Assembly: GCA_013115145.1 (NCBI GenBank)
Contig: JAAPAO010000128.1
Location: 1 to 64,000, forward strand
Origin: Perkinsus chesapeaki ATCC PRA-425
Lineage: Eukaryota; Protista; Perkinsozoa
Length of the DNA stretch: 64,000 nucleotides
Reading direction: 5' to 3'
The position numbers were made by a program, and so were the translations under genes. Positions 1-12,703 of this stretch are shown here, piece after piece. Every line of letters begins with the position of its first letter. Within the stretch, counting starts at the first letter, position 1. The notes under the pieces are model-generated. The model had not been told where the DNA came from and made no database searches. It worked only from the letters and a program-made list of their open reading frames with translations.

Positions 1-114
1 CACGGGCTCTGTGAACCCGGGCAGACTCAAACACCCCAAAGCTCCGAGCAGAACCGAGCCGTCCAAGATTTTGCTGTTTAGTAGTTAGCGCGGGTTGCTT
101 CCCGAACCAACTCT

Positions 115-1163
115 TCATACGAAATCAGAGGGTCCTTCTGGCGCTACCAAGACTAAATGAAATAGATCCTGAAATGCTATCGTATTACCAATGAATCGAC
201 CAACGAGTCATTGGTCACAATGTCCGGGTGGCAAGTCTGGAATGAAACATTGTAGGAGCCGAGGGTCGGGTATTGCCGGAAGATTCACAGAGGAATTAGC
301 ATATTCGCTGTTTAACTTCATGAATTCAGGAGTAGGGAAGGGGAGCTGTTATTATTGGCCCAAACTTAGTTGCGTGTGCTCTGAGTAAGGCATGAACTAC
401 CTTTGCAAATCATAACCCGATCCAATTGGTTTGTACATCTTTAACCAGAAGAGTATGAGTCTGTATGAGTAAGCTACCGCTACTTGTTCATAAGATAATC
501 TTAATATACAAACGACGATACAATTGTAACAGCGCATATCACCTTCTTTCCCCTGCTGCAGGTGTTCCTGCTATGTTCTGCTGAGGTCATGCAATCTTCC
601 CCCCGTAGCAGGATCGGAATACTGCTCACTTCATCAAATTCAAGTTTGCTCCCGTAAGGTCCGCAATTCGTTAAATCATCTGCAAGTCTGGTCACTAGAT
701 GATCGACGGCGATGTGGGCAGTGTGGAATTGTTGCAGAGAGCTGGCGAGAACTGGAGCAGCATAAATCTCGAGGATGCCGGGTAGGTCCTCTGTTGGCGA
801 TTCTTGGACCTTGTTTAATTAGGAAACTTCGGATGTTGTCGAAAGTGTTACCGAGAAGAAGTATTATTCGCAAGATTGCAATTGCGGCCCCATGTTGTGC
901 GTTGCTGATTCCGGTGAATCCTGTAAGCTACGTGCCTGGAACAGCTTGCAGGGATTTCCAAGAGATATTTCTGGCCAGTTTGACGGGATGAAGATTCTGT
1001 GATGTTTCATTTGCATCTCAGGTCCAGTGGACGACCCCGAATGGCAGGAGAAAGTCGTAAAGTATTCCCAGAGGCTTCGCGACTCGTCGCAGGGGTAAGC
1101 AGTCGGAATGGTACGGGCTAGGAGACATGCAGTGCGGCTGGAAAACTCCAGCTTAGTAGGCAA
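115..1163 (-). CDS. Hypothetical multi-exon protein (helical)
   Basis: Open stretch NKVQESPTEDLPGILEIYAAPVLASSLQQF...SKLEFDE ending at a gtgagc donor; further candidate exons down to TGA at 115-117. Boundaries uncertain, no family recognised. Confidence 0.3.
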
Positions 1164-1419
1164 ATCAATACAACTCCCACCAGCCGAATAGTGCGTGAAA
1201 TGGCTGGTGGGAAACTATAAGGAAATAGCTAGCTCAATAGCTTTGACCGTCTCGGAATTCCAATAGGCTATATTTGAAAGCATAAAGTGGATTCTGAATT
1301 GGAACACTCGAAATTTGTAACTGACTCCATATTGAACCAACCCAGCAACAATTCTTCGGTCCTCGTTGGTAGGGCTATGAGCTGCTGTTTCACTGGCTTA
1401 CAGATCCGAACTGCTCTGC

Positions 1420-2445
1420 ATGGATTCTCAAGCTCCAGTGAAGCGGCAAATTCAGCCGATTGATACCGTGGCCAACAGAGTTCTCGGCATCCTTGATGAA
1501 TCGGCATCCCAATTAGGCGCGTCTGATTTTGTAGGCTTACGGAAACGAATATGGGTGAGCCGATTCACTGCAGTTACTCGTGGAGCTCCAGCTGTGCGAT
1601 GCCACTCTGAGCCTGGCTCTTGGGAAGGTTCTCGCCGAGGCGTCGTGGATGCCTCGAAACTCCACAGGTTTGCTATTACTAGATCACCTTCGAAACTCTG
1701 TTGTTTCTTTAGTTTCGTTTGTCCTATCGGCAGAGGAGAAGAATCGAGCTATCCTGGAAGAGACGGCTGAAGCTATCAAGAGCTTGCATCCGAGCTTCCT
1801 TGTCATCCCTGTTGTCACCAGCTTGAAAGACCTCTGCGTCGATGCTTTGTTTGGCGATCTTTCCCAGGGGAAGCAGTGCGCGGTTGTTTACTCGACGCAC
1901 CTGTGTGGAGCTGATGCAGATTTGGCCATGCGAAGTGAGGTTCACTCGCACTGCCAGGGCAAGTTGCCTGTCGCTTCAGGTTTGTCCCGTTCACAAGGGT
2001 GCACTGAAGAACGCTGCGCTTCCTTGGTTGCAGCCTCCTGCTGCCACTATCTTTGCGAATGGAGCCATTTTGTTGGTCGAGCTCCGTGGATGCGCCACTT
2101 TAACCTAACGCATACCGACTTTCTAGGATGCGTAAGTAACACCTTCATTTCGTGATGGTATTTCGATGACCGTTTCAATAGAGTTCTCCCGATGTCTCTT
2201 TGTAGGTTGAAGCGTCGTCTTGGGCTCGACTTGAAAACGCCACTGATGACCGTCGGCAAGCTGTTGGCCAGGCTGCTATAAAGCTCCTCGATGCGGCTAG
2301 ATTGATGGCTTTGAAAGAGGCTGATGATTACTCAATATGGAGCAAGAGGGAAGTTGTGCCGTATGGGACGGACCAAGACGTTAACATCATCGAGCTGCTC
2401 GTCGATGATGCCGTCCGCAGTGGTGGAGATCGTGACTATTCATGA
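1420..2445 (+). CDS. Hypothetical spliced protein
   Basis: ATG 1420 exon MDSQAPV...RKRIW then gtgagc donor; long exon in the 1580-2155 frame; last exon VEASSWARLENATDDRRQAVG...DRDYS* after a tag acceptor. Confidence 0.5.
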
Positions 2446-2611
2446 TGACAGTGAATCGACATATTTGAGTATAATTCGTACCAAAGCGCCTTCTACTGCA
2501 GGCCAGTCTAACGATGCAGTGGGGCACAAGTTATGCAAATTCTAAGTGTTGTGTTTTCACTCCTCCGGGTGCCGTTGTCTTTGCTCTCCCGCAGTCTTAT
2601 TTCCGGCCCTA

Positions 2612-2963
2612 ATGGTAAGGTAAAACCTATCCACCAATATCCAATCTGGTCAGCAGCGGTTACGTGTTTCATAGGTTGCCAACGCGTCTGAGCATGACCC
2701 TCTCGTTGCGGAAGTGTACGACCAAATCAAAGACATGACTGTCAAAGAGGCGATTTTGTTCGTCAAAAAGCTCCAGGTTATTCGACGAGTATCCGATATG
2801 TACAGGGCCATTCCTCGTTCAGATAGAACGTATCCGAGAAGCCCACGCGAAGCTGGTGGATGAAGTCGGCCCGGCAATCGGGGGCAAGGTTGAACGCACG
2901 AAGGCTGCTGTAATCCCTGATCGCCGTTGTTGTGCCTTTAGTTGTTCTCGCGTAGGTTGGTAA
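2612..2963 (+). CDS. Small spliced hypothetical protein; N-terminal helix weakly resembles ribosomal L7/L12 dimerisation helices
   Basis: ATG/gtaagg...tttcatag/VANASEHDPLVAEVYDQIKDMTVKEAILFVKKLQ/gttatt...ttcag/IERIREAHAKL; no L12 C-terminal domain seen. Confidence 0.3.
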
Positions 2964-4572
2964 GAAGTGATTAACTGATTATTATGAAGCTTTCGTATTG
3001 TAATTAATATGATTGCACGATAGGCAAGTTTGGGACATTACTTCCACAACTGTTGTGTTCATATTCGTAAATCCAGCAGCAAGTAACAAGCAAGGTGCAC
3101 GCGACTGAAAGAAGACGCTACTTCCGTTACACTAGATATTGCTGAGCCATTCTCTGACATCAAGGACAGGATGGACCAAAGAGTGAACATATTACAAAAA
3201 ACAGCTAATGCAATGTAATCCTCAAGAACTCACCTCATGATACTCTTAGGCCTAAACTGAGGGAACGTTCACCTTATAATATAAGGGTTATATAGTAGCT
3301 GGACTGCCAAACTGAACGACTACTCCTTGACGTTCCAAATGATATTGGTGCGAATGTCCATTTCGAATATCCAAACACACCCCAGGAAGATTTGCTTGAG
3401 ATTCTTCTCATGAGGTCACAGTACTTGAGAATTCACTTAATCCACCGCTTCATAGTACATTGGAGATGCGGTCGCGATACGGCAACCGCTAGCGGAAACC
3501 GAATAGGGGCTCTCCATAGTGTTGTGATAGCCGCGTTTACCTTACCGCTCCTCCCGGCTACCGTCTATTACCGCGATATTGGTCGAGTGGTAACCGGGAA
3601 AGCGCGGTATTCGATAGCGGTATCCCGCGAAGTGGTCATTCGATTTTACCATTTCCCGAAAACCACACCGCGTTTACCAGGTTTTCGTTTATTTCCGGAT
3701 ACGTTAGAGGGGAGGAGAACAGTAACTGCATTGAAAAGTCTACGTGGTTACTTCCAGCGCAAAACTGGCAGTAAGTGCAGTGTCCTGGTACTCCATATCG
3801 TAGAGTCTATGACCTTCCATTAGCATTTCAGGAGGTATCCCTGAGGTATCTTATAAGACCTCTTGAGAGAAAACTAGGATGGAGCCTCCATTGTGGAGGC
3901 TGTCTGAGCTTTCACCTCAACTTCGCAAGACAGCTACGGCGGCCGGTAGCAACAGTTTTGTCAAAACTAGTGTACTGTACACGAGATTCGCGGTTATGGA
4001 GAGAGGCACAGGTCAAGATTATGGTACTTGGAAAACGGGGCGCACCAGGTACGATTGATGTGCCTAGGTATATTGGAAGTCGTTCACCGAATGATGTGAC
4101 CGTCAAGCATGAAGTTGCGTCCCTCGAAATTCAAGGCTCGAACGTATTATGACTGTTCCTCAACACAACTGACAATTAGTATATCTGATAGACCGGACTT
4201 GCGACTTTCCCAAACCCTTCGTTTCAGCAATGAGATGAGAGAAGGACGGTTAACATCTATAAGGACTGCCTGTCACTATTTGATGATTGCTGAATCTGAC
4301 TCGGCTTAGCATCGACTCGTTGCCAACGAGCCGTATTTCGTCAATGCGTTTAAGATAATACAGTAGAGTTTCACGGTGAAACTGTCACCGGTTTTACATG
4401 TAAAACTGTTTTTCGCGTTGTGTAAATTGTGAAAAACGCGATGTGTTGTGTAGAGACGACACTTCGCGTAAGAACACTGGCGAAAAACGCAATAACGCGT
4501 TTTACACATCAATGATAACGCGTTATAAATGTACTGAAAAAAGCTATTGTCGTTTTTCAACGACAATTCAAG

Positions 4573-5460
4573 AAGCCTCCGGGAAATGATGGACAGGATG
4601 TCCGTGCAGTGGCAGGGACAAATGAACAGCTGGGCATGGGCAGGCGTCAGGAACAACACGACTTGATGAAGGACAGAGTATGGGTAATGACGCGTCACTG
4701 ACGAGTACTTCTAAAAACAATGCTACCTAGCTGCTTTGAGGCTTAACCTCTTCGAAACATTCGTGTGGGAACTGGCTGTGTTGAACATCGGAAGTCTGTT
4801 GCCGTTGTGAAGCACACCATTGTATTGCGGTGACGTGACGCCAGGCACCATCACTGTGGTGTTTCTGGCGTTCTCTTCAATCCTCTCTAACAGATAGATG
4901 CTTCTAGAGGGCACATCTCGGTCTGTTTCACGCGCCTCGAAACTAGTATCGCATGATGACTTATTATCGATAAGGCGTAAGTGTCGTCATGGAGAGCTGC
5001 GGCTCTCGGTTTGGGCGACTTCGGTGTGACCACGTCGGAATCTGCCATCGCTCTGGCATGCAAGAGCGAGCCAAGCATGAGCCAGTAATGCTAGGAAATG
5101 GCGGGAGCACAGCCTCGTGTTGAAATAGCTCTCAAGAGCTGGACCGGTGTCGGCACGGCGGACAGTAGACTCGGCAACAGGTTGGGAGAGAGGTGGGGAC
5201 AGAGTTAAAGAAGACCATAGTTACCCAAACGGATGGTGTCGGGCCGTGCGTCTGGCCGGGCCGCGTTGTGGCAGTTCGAAGGAAGGTGCTCTGCGCTTCA
5301 ATGCCTGATCGGCAGCAAACTCGTACATTCGAGGCAAGCGGACTTGGTGGCTAACCTTGACAGCCAACGAGAGCCCTCCTGTGGATGTGCGGCTGCTCGG
5401 TCGATAACGCTGACAAAATGAGTAACATTAAACCTTTCTCGATGGTGAGCTATAACCGCT
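4573..5460 (-). pseudogene. Decayed, internally deleted duplicate of the 12.5-15.0 kb Sfi1-like gene
   Basis: 4573-5045 aligns by eye to 12479-13015 and 5061-5460 aligns to 14611-15008; the intervening ~1.6 kb is absent. A net 14-nt frameshifting insertion at ~4953-4968 breaks DDTYALS-DTSFEARE. Confidence 0.8.
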
Positions 5461-5633
5461 GGCCGCATGTTGGAACTAATGGGAGCTTAGCTCCGCCGTG
5501 GCATGGAAGAACTAGCACCCACTATTCTCGCATCAATGGACTGCGACTTATGCGTCAGTGCCTAGAATTCAGTCTAACTAAGGGCATCATAATACGAATA
5601 TGATATGTTGCTCCGTCGAACTGCATGAGGGTA

Positions 5634-6110
5634 TCATGCGCGGAGCTTGCCGAAGTTGGCCCGGTAGTCGGCAACAAGGCGAAGTGTGCTAGATCGACCG
5701 TCGTCATTGATCACATGGCACAGTGTGCTCCTGTAGTTGGTCTCTAGCGAATCCATTAACACATGATGCTTGTTGTCTTTAGCTTCGGAGGGAGCTTCTG
5801 ATGCTCCACCACGAGTCACTTGCTAAAGTCATGTTGATACAAAGGTGAGCGAAACCCACTGGCAGGGGTAACGGTGAGGCTACAAGAGTTCTCACTATAG
5901 CTTCGAGACCCAAAGTAACTTTGAGACGAGTACTACCGTAGGACTTCTACGGGGATGGGCCCTGCCGCAGCGTGACAACGTGCTCTGTCTTCATGGCGGC
6001 ACGCGTACACGAATGTGGACTCGCCTCGGTGGGTTGGGATGGGATTCATCCGATGAATCCAAATGGACTGCATAAAGATTAGGGATGCACACATCATCTT
6101 ACAGGATATA
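5634..6110 (-). CDS. Possible small hypothetical gene
   Basis: Candidate exons with gtatat...atgcag splice sites and ORF 5634-5819; no recognisable motif. Confidence 0.2.
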
Positions 6111-6502
6111 CCTGCGAGCCTTTGTCTCGTTGTAAACTCATTGAGGAATCTAGCCTCAGGGGCCGAATATATAATCGCGGGAGCGGCGCATCTTGCAGGC
6201 GCCTCCAAAGCTCGTTAATGAACACTTCTCGCACCGTGTACCTGTTTTTTACCTCTACTTCGTTTTCTCGCTCTCGTCGGGTTGTGGTGATAAACTAATA
6301 TCGGCAAAACAGCTCCGGACCGGACCTCCGGTAGGGGCGGTAAGCAAAGCCTCCCGAATGACTCGGGTTTTCGCTACCTCAAATTCACCCTTGAAATGCT
6401 TCGATATTCGAGACCATACATCAACAACGTGACAGCGCCTAGAATGGTCGCTTCAGGTAGACTGCACCTATGCTACACATTCAAGCTCGCTGCTCACTCC
6501 AC

Positions 6503-8523
6503 ATGATTTTATCCCTGCTTCTAGTTATCAGATGCTCAGGAGCTCCATCGCTGGTATTCGACCAAGTCATTGACCACTTTGGTGGCGCAGGTATGTATGA
6601 GGGACTCTGAGTATGCCCTCCCGTTCCAGGCATGTATTCGGATTCCTAGCTTACCTCCATTAGGTACATTCAAGCAACGTTACCTTCATTCTGATAAGTT
6701 CGTAAATGGATCGAAACCAGAAGTGAGTGATTATCCCTGCGTCAATATATCCGCCCTGTATGCAGCTAGTCATAGTGGATATTAGAGGCGAGTTCAGTGA
6801 AGACGAGATGGCCGACTTTAGCTTGGATGTATTCAACGTTGGCTTTCAAACGCAGAGCATAGTCGTTGCTTTAGAACACAGGTGAGACTCTTCGACACCT
6901 CTTTCTAGTGCCCTTCTCCATTAGGTCTTATGGTAAGTCTCGTCCGAACTCTTCCCCGACCACCCAGGATCTTCGCAAACTTCTCCAGACTAACCAAGCA
7001 ATTGCGGATCTTGTTACATTCCGTGAGTTCATTGTCAAGAAATATGGTCTGAGTGGAGTAAAGTTTGTTCTGATGGGCTGCAGCTATGCAGGGGTATCCA
7101 TGGACGCTTCTGTAAATCCTTTACGTCTTTGTTTCAGAGTCTAGCAGCATGGGCACGCGTTAAACATCCCGACCTGTTCCTCGGAGCCGTAGCCAGCTGT
7201 CCTGTCATAAACTTGAATTATGATTTTACTGAGTACTTTCAACTCGAGACTTATAGACTTGTACAAACTTGTCTCTATAGATACTTGGGTTTCTTAAGCG
7301 GTTTATTCAGTGATGAACGTATTGGAGGAAGCCCGGCATGCCTCGCATTTGTATGTTGGTTGTACACCGCTGTACAATAATATGTGAGTGAATTTCAGAT
7401 ACGCCGAGCGAGTGGTATAATCAAGGAAAAGATAGCTACCTCGGCTGGTAGAAGACAAATCGAGAGTGTCTTCGGCTTGCGCGCGAATTATCTCGAAGAC
7501 CAGAAGACAAGATTGCTCTGGTAAGGATTTCGACGATTCACCCAGTACGAGTGAAACACCATCTTTATTCAGGTTGAGCAGTAATAACGCCCGTTTTATG
7601 GTGCAGTCGAATGATCCATATTGTACTAAGGACCTCTGCAACATAAAGAAAAAGTGCAACTTCGTTGCTAAAAGTGACACCTCAACAGAGTGAGGCGAGG
7701 GGGTCCTCTAATAATGAGCTGCGTCCATCTTTCAAGGCAAAAAGCTTTGAAAGTCCTCGACACAATTGGATCCCCAGTGCCCGGCCAACATTCAGCTCAG
7801 GACTACAATCAACACATTAAATGGTGATTTATAGCCTATTTCACGACGTCTTGAGTCGTCGATTTTGTCGCCCTTCATCAGGTTGAAAGATAAGTCACAG
7901 CTCAGCGATACAAGATTCAACACTTTCCAATCCTGCTCCCAGTGGGCACTGTTTCGCTCATGCAATCCTGGTTCCAAATGCCCTCTCGTTCAAGACTCAG
8001 GAATCCTTGGGATCGAACAAGCTGTTTGCCAGGATGCGTTTGGGATATCTAAAGATGATGTGATTACCTTTTAGCCACTACCTGGCTATCAGGTGAATTG
8101 TGATATCAAACGACTCAGGTGCAAAGGAATATTGCTGAAGAGATGAAGGATTTCGGAGGCGGCGGCCTGAAGGGAACTCGAAACATTATTGTTCTACTTG
8201 GTGGCATGGATCCCTGGAACGCTGTTGGAAGAACTCAAACTACTGGACGCGGTCCAGTACAGTACCAGGTAGGAAACAACTCGCTTATGACAACTCGAAC
8301 AACTCGAGAACCGACTCGCTTATGAACTTGTCTCGTAGATACCCTTGGCCAGTCATTGCTATTGGGATAAAGCTGGGGCAACGAGGCTTGATGGAGTGAA
8401 GTCTGAATCATTTATCCTATTGCTGGTATTCATTTTTCTTTCAGACAAATTATGCGTAAGACAGTTGAGACTACTCGGTCTTGGGTTCAAGCAGATGATG
8501 GCGTGACTCCATTATTTCTTTAG
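6503..8523 (+). CDS. Serine carboxypeptidase, peptidase family S28 (PRCP/DPP7/TSSP-like), secreted
   Basis: Signal-like MILSLLLVIRCSG; FDQVIDHF, FKQRY, VALEHR-YGKS-P, QAIADL; nucleophile GCSYAG; AWARVKHP; GGMDPW (Asp) and ASHC (His). Multiple short introns; ends ...TPLFL*. Confidence 0.9.
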
Positions 8524-10006
8524 TGTAAGTGGGTTACTGTTATTGTTTTCGCCCTATTTCATTTTATGTAGACCCTACACCCGCCACCTCGCTTTATCTC
8601 CTTCTCTTGAACCCCTCTTGAAGACCAACCCCTGCAGGCTCGGTAATTCCGACGCTATTATGTTCCGAGCATTTTGAAGTTCTTTCTGGTCCACCAGCTA
8701 GGTTGATGTCATCTCCTGCCAACGATGTACATAGATAACGGTGGCAGACATCTCAGCCTTTTTTTGACTTCGAAGAGTTGCGTTGAAGCAATGCCGTTGT
8801 TGACTAGTTCGCCGGACATTCACCCTCTCTTTCTCAACTTCAAGAGTTGGACCGCGCTGAAGGGGTTGGGATCGGTTGGGCAAGCCCCGAAAGTAGCTCA
8901 GTGTGAGTAGCATTCCTTACTTGTTTTGCAATCATGAAGAGGACTGAGCAGTGATACAACATCTTCAGCATGCGAAGTTCTTATTTGAACAAGGGAACCC
9001 ATAGACGCTGAGGTTGGGACTCCCAACCTTGGAAGTAACTGTCACAAATTCGCTAATAAATTTAGCTAAGCTCAAGTCGGATTACCGCATAGAATCGTAA
9101 GACATCGTGGTAAACTACACGTTCTGTTCACCGGTGCTCGCGGTTGTCTTCCTTTTTCTGCGGTGTTCGTGAAGTCGTAAACGGTTACCGCTAGCGGCTG
9201 CCATACCGCGAGTGCATCTCTATTATATTTATTTCCATTTTATTTGCGTCATAAAATCAAGAATCTTGATTCAAGATAAAGGGTACTACTAGCAAACGGG
9301 ATAATAACTATACCTTCACTTCAGTAGAGTGATGACGTACCCGGTAGGCGCGGTACAAGCGAACCCGTTGAGCGTAACCGGGATGTCGTTACCGCGTGAG
9401 CCACGTAGCGCAACACTCGTTTACCCTGCCACAACTACTGCGGTAAGCCTAGTTGTAAGCAAGCTCATCAGGATTCGAAACGAAGTTCAAGATTTGCAAC
9501 TCGCACCGAGAAGAGTGCCTCAAGACAAGCCGACAAGAGACAAGAGTCTAACCGTCAAGAGCGCCGTTAGACGTGGCTTCCCCTGTCACCTTGCTAGCAA
9601 CACAGGTGATTTCGTGCATTCATAAGCGAGTTCTGGCCGTGGCCCACGAGAGCGAGGAATCGTGGAACGTCGGAGAGAAAGTACGGAAACAAATGTTCAT
9701 ATATGATCGTTACACCAAAGTATCGCAATACTCTTCCGCGCGCCATCCATGACGCGGCTGCGAAGTTCACTGTAAGAATATTACTCCTGGAAGTAGCCAC
9801 TGCCGACACAAATATGGAATATCTCCATCGATAGCTTCATTCCACCCCTTAACGTTTTATCCTTGAAAACTAGATTAGCATATCACGCAGTAGTAGAATG
9901 CACACATCAGCTATTTTCTTCTCATACCTCACTGTCGATATAATTGGCGAGAGAACAAAACAGCAAGTAACCGGTTAGTTGGGATGAGTATATTGATCAT
10001 GGAAAG

Positions 10007-12027
10007 CTAAGTTCGCCAATCTCTTGCACGTGCAATCTGGTCATCTAGTGCTTGAATGGTTGCATCTCTCGCGGTGTAAACACCGGTGTCCAAAAGGCTT
10101 TGTTTCTGAGCCTCTAGCCTTCGGATGCGCTCAGACTCGCCTCCAGCAGATGAGGCGCCGCTATCCGATTCTGATTCGGATTCTGGAACCTCCTCAACCT
10201 ACATGAAATTTATACCGTATATAGAAGGGAGAATGGAAAGCAAGCACATACGTTCCACTCACCTCGACGCCTTGCTTATCCAGCTGGTTGCATAGTTGTC
10301 GAACAGCTGCTCTGAAGTGATCCCGAGACTTTGCCAAGAGAAGTTCACGTTGAGCAGCCTGTTCTAGCTGATGCTTCAGGACCTTCACATCTGCCTGCAG
10401 CTGTACCATATTCGAGGACTGTAATGTCTTGTGAGCCTGTAAATAGTACTAATCATCGCTAGCAAAAGCCTTACCTTATTAGCGCTGTCCTCGGCCTCCT
10501 TCACCTTCTTCTGGAGTTCCACTATCCTAGCCTCTGCGTCGCTTGCTCGCTTGGTCGCGATCTTTGTCTTCTCTGCTTGTAGCCGTAGCGCGTGTTCATG
10601 GTCCGTCACCAGCCGTTTCTGTGCAACTAAACGAGTTAGAGCATTCCACTAATTTGGTTCGTATAACGTATTCTCGCAGTATGTATATTCGATACGGTAG
10701 TCGTACGACTAGGACGACGAGATGCGAGTGGCCAATGCACATGAAGTTATTAATAAACGGGGAAATAAACGTTCTTGTACATGCGTGCTCTTCATCGCGG
10801 CGTCGTAGCGTAGTAGCGACGCCATCCTTCTCCTTCTGAAGACTCTCTTCTGCAGAGAGAATGCGTACCTTAAGACGCGATGAACCTCCTGAGTCTCGGG
10901 AAGGAGGTATGCCCGAGGAACGCACTCACTTCACGCTGTTCCAAGTCGGTGGCTTTCTTCTTCAGTTTACCCTCGAGTGCCGCCAGTGATTTCATCTTCT
11001 CGACGAATTCCCGTTGTCGAGTGAGCTCCTTTGCTGTGTACCTACTGATGCCTGTAACCCATTCCATAACAAATAATCTAGACTGCAAAAATGACGTAGG
11101 TGGTGGCTGTACCCACTCTTCATTGATGGTTCTCATCTTAGATGCCTCCTGCTCCCTTAGCCAGGCTCGGAACTTCGCCTCTTCATTCTTCTTCCATGTC
11201 TCGAGCTCGACAGCACAGATATACTCGGGCCGCAGGTTACCCGTGGAGTCTGTCGAAAGTGTTGAATGTTGGTGAGGATAGCGTGTGCCATCAGGCAGCT
11301 CGATAATCGACAGGTCGGTAGCTGAGCTTGACATTATTAATCTACGCAATAATTGCGAATCCACGTCACCCCTTCCGAGCCATACTGCGATTTGTGCGAT
11401 CCTAAGCTACGACTGACATTACCATGATAGCCGCTTTTCGATGCATGTCGAAATGATCCGTGGTTTTCCAAAAGACCACATCAATTCGCTTTCGATTCCC
11501 CTCGCAATTTTAACAACGAAGCTTGTACTAAACGCAGCTTCGAAACTCTTCTGGAAAACTATGTTGCGCGTATCATCAACTTCACTGAGGGCGAGCCACT
11601 ATCGGTGAGATCCTTCACTAAAACGTTAGCGTGTCGATGAGCGGCATAAACTTGGGTCAACTTGAGAGTAGATTAGATATTCTCAAGTTGCAGCTCTCAA
11701 AATGCCTGTGTTCATGTGCTGTTTCTAATGTTCATAATATTATATATGTTATACGGCGTATAATATACGCAAACGTAGACTTGGTTAAAGAACATTCGAC
11801 GATCTTTGAGGCGTCAAGTTGAGGTATCAGCTTTTTCTCTGTGTCCAAATCTCTATATGGTGTAGATGAGCTACGGCCCAAATCTGAAGGGGATGTCGAG
11901 CCTGAATTTCTACTATCAGATTTGTTCGCACAGTCAACCCCCGGTCTGTAGTGGAGATACAGCTACATATACGGGGACGAGCGAACACGCTAATGATGTA
12001 AATGACCTGACCACCCGCCGATGTCAT
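10007..12027 (-). CDS. CEP120: CEP120-like centriolar coiled-coil protein
   Basis: PEYICAVELETWKKNEEAKF...EEW...LEGKLKKKATDLEQRE and terminal RLEAQKQSLLDTGVYTARDATIQALDDQI match the CEP120 coiled-coil start and C-terminal motif as I recall them. Stop at 10007-10009; exons upstream of ~11500 uncertain. Confidence 0.8.
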
Positions 12028-12703
12028 CGCTGATTGGGCTTCCAGTTCCTACTATGCAGATCCTATGGAATTGGGTAGAAATCTGCAGGATCAGCGCCGG
12101 GTGAGTGGTGGAGATGCAGAGATTCGGGAGGGAAGCTGACTAGAGGTGACAGTAGATGACAGTAATGTGCGAGACTGCAGATCGAATGACAGGATCCGAG
12201 GGTGGAGGTCGTCTAGGCTCCGGGTGGGTCATACCTTAAAACCATTCGACTACAGCTAGTGGTCACCACTAAGTGGTGACTAGCATCCTCACCGGACCAT
12301 AAGTGGAACACGAAACTGTACAGTGTTATGGAAACGCGCCTAATTAACATGGGAGGATGCTCAGCCTCCTGAGGGAGTCTTCAGCGAGCTATATGGCCTA
12401 GCAGGGAATAAGCGAATGAGGCTTGGCTCCAAGGCTACATTCCGGCTATGGTAAGTGAAGGTCATCCATGCTCTCAAGTGGCCTCCGGGAAAATGATGGA
12501 CGCCTTGTCCGTGCAGTGGCAGGGGCAGATGAGCAGCTCAGAACGCTAGCAGCTTCCAAGAATGATGCCGAGGATCGAGAGAGCCGGGAATGCTGAACAA
12601 ACCAGCGCTGACCAATTTACGAGCAGAGGCGAGCATGACCAGGCGCCAGGTAAAACAAGACTTGGTGAAGGACAAAGGGTGACGAGTACTTCTAAAAACT
12701 ATG

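Noticed and set aside
3392-4698. ORFs 3392-3823, 3775-4152 and 4306-4698
   Set aside because: No motifs or consistent splice structure, apart from 3' flank homology to the duplicated gene; treated as intergenic.
8570-8913. Possible minus-strand exons
   Set aside because: Could not assemble a consistent spliced frame or recognise a domain.
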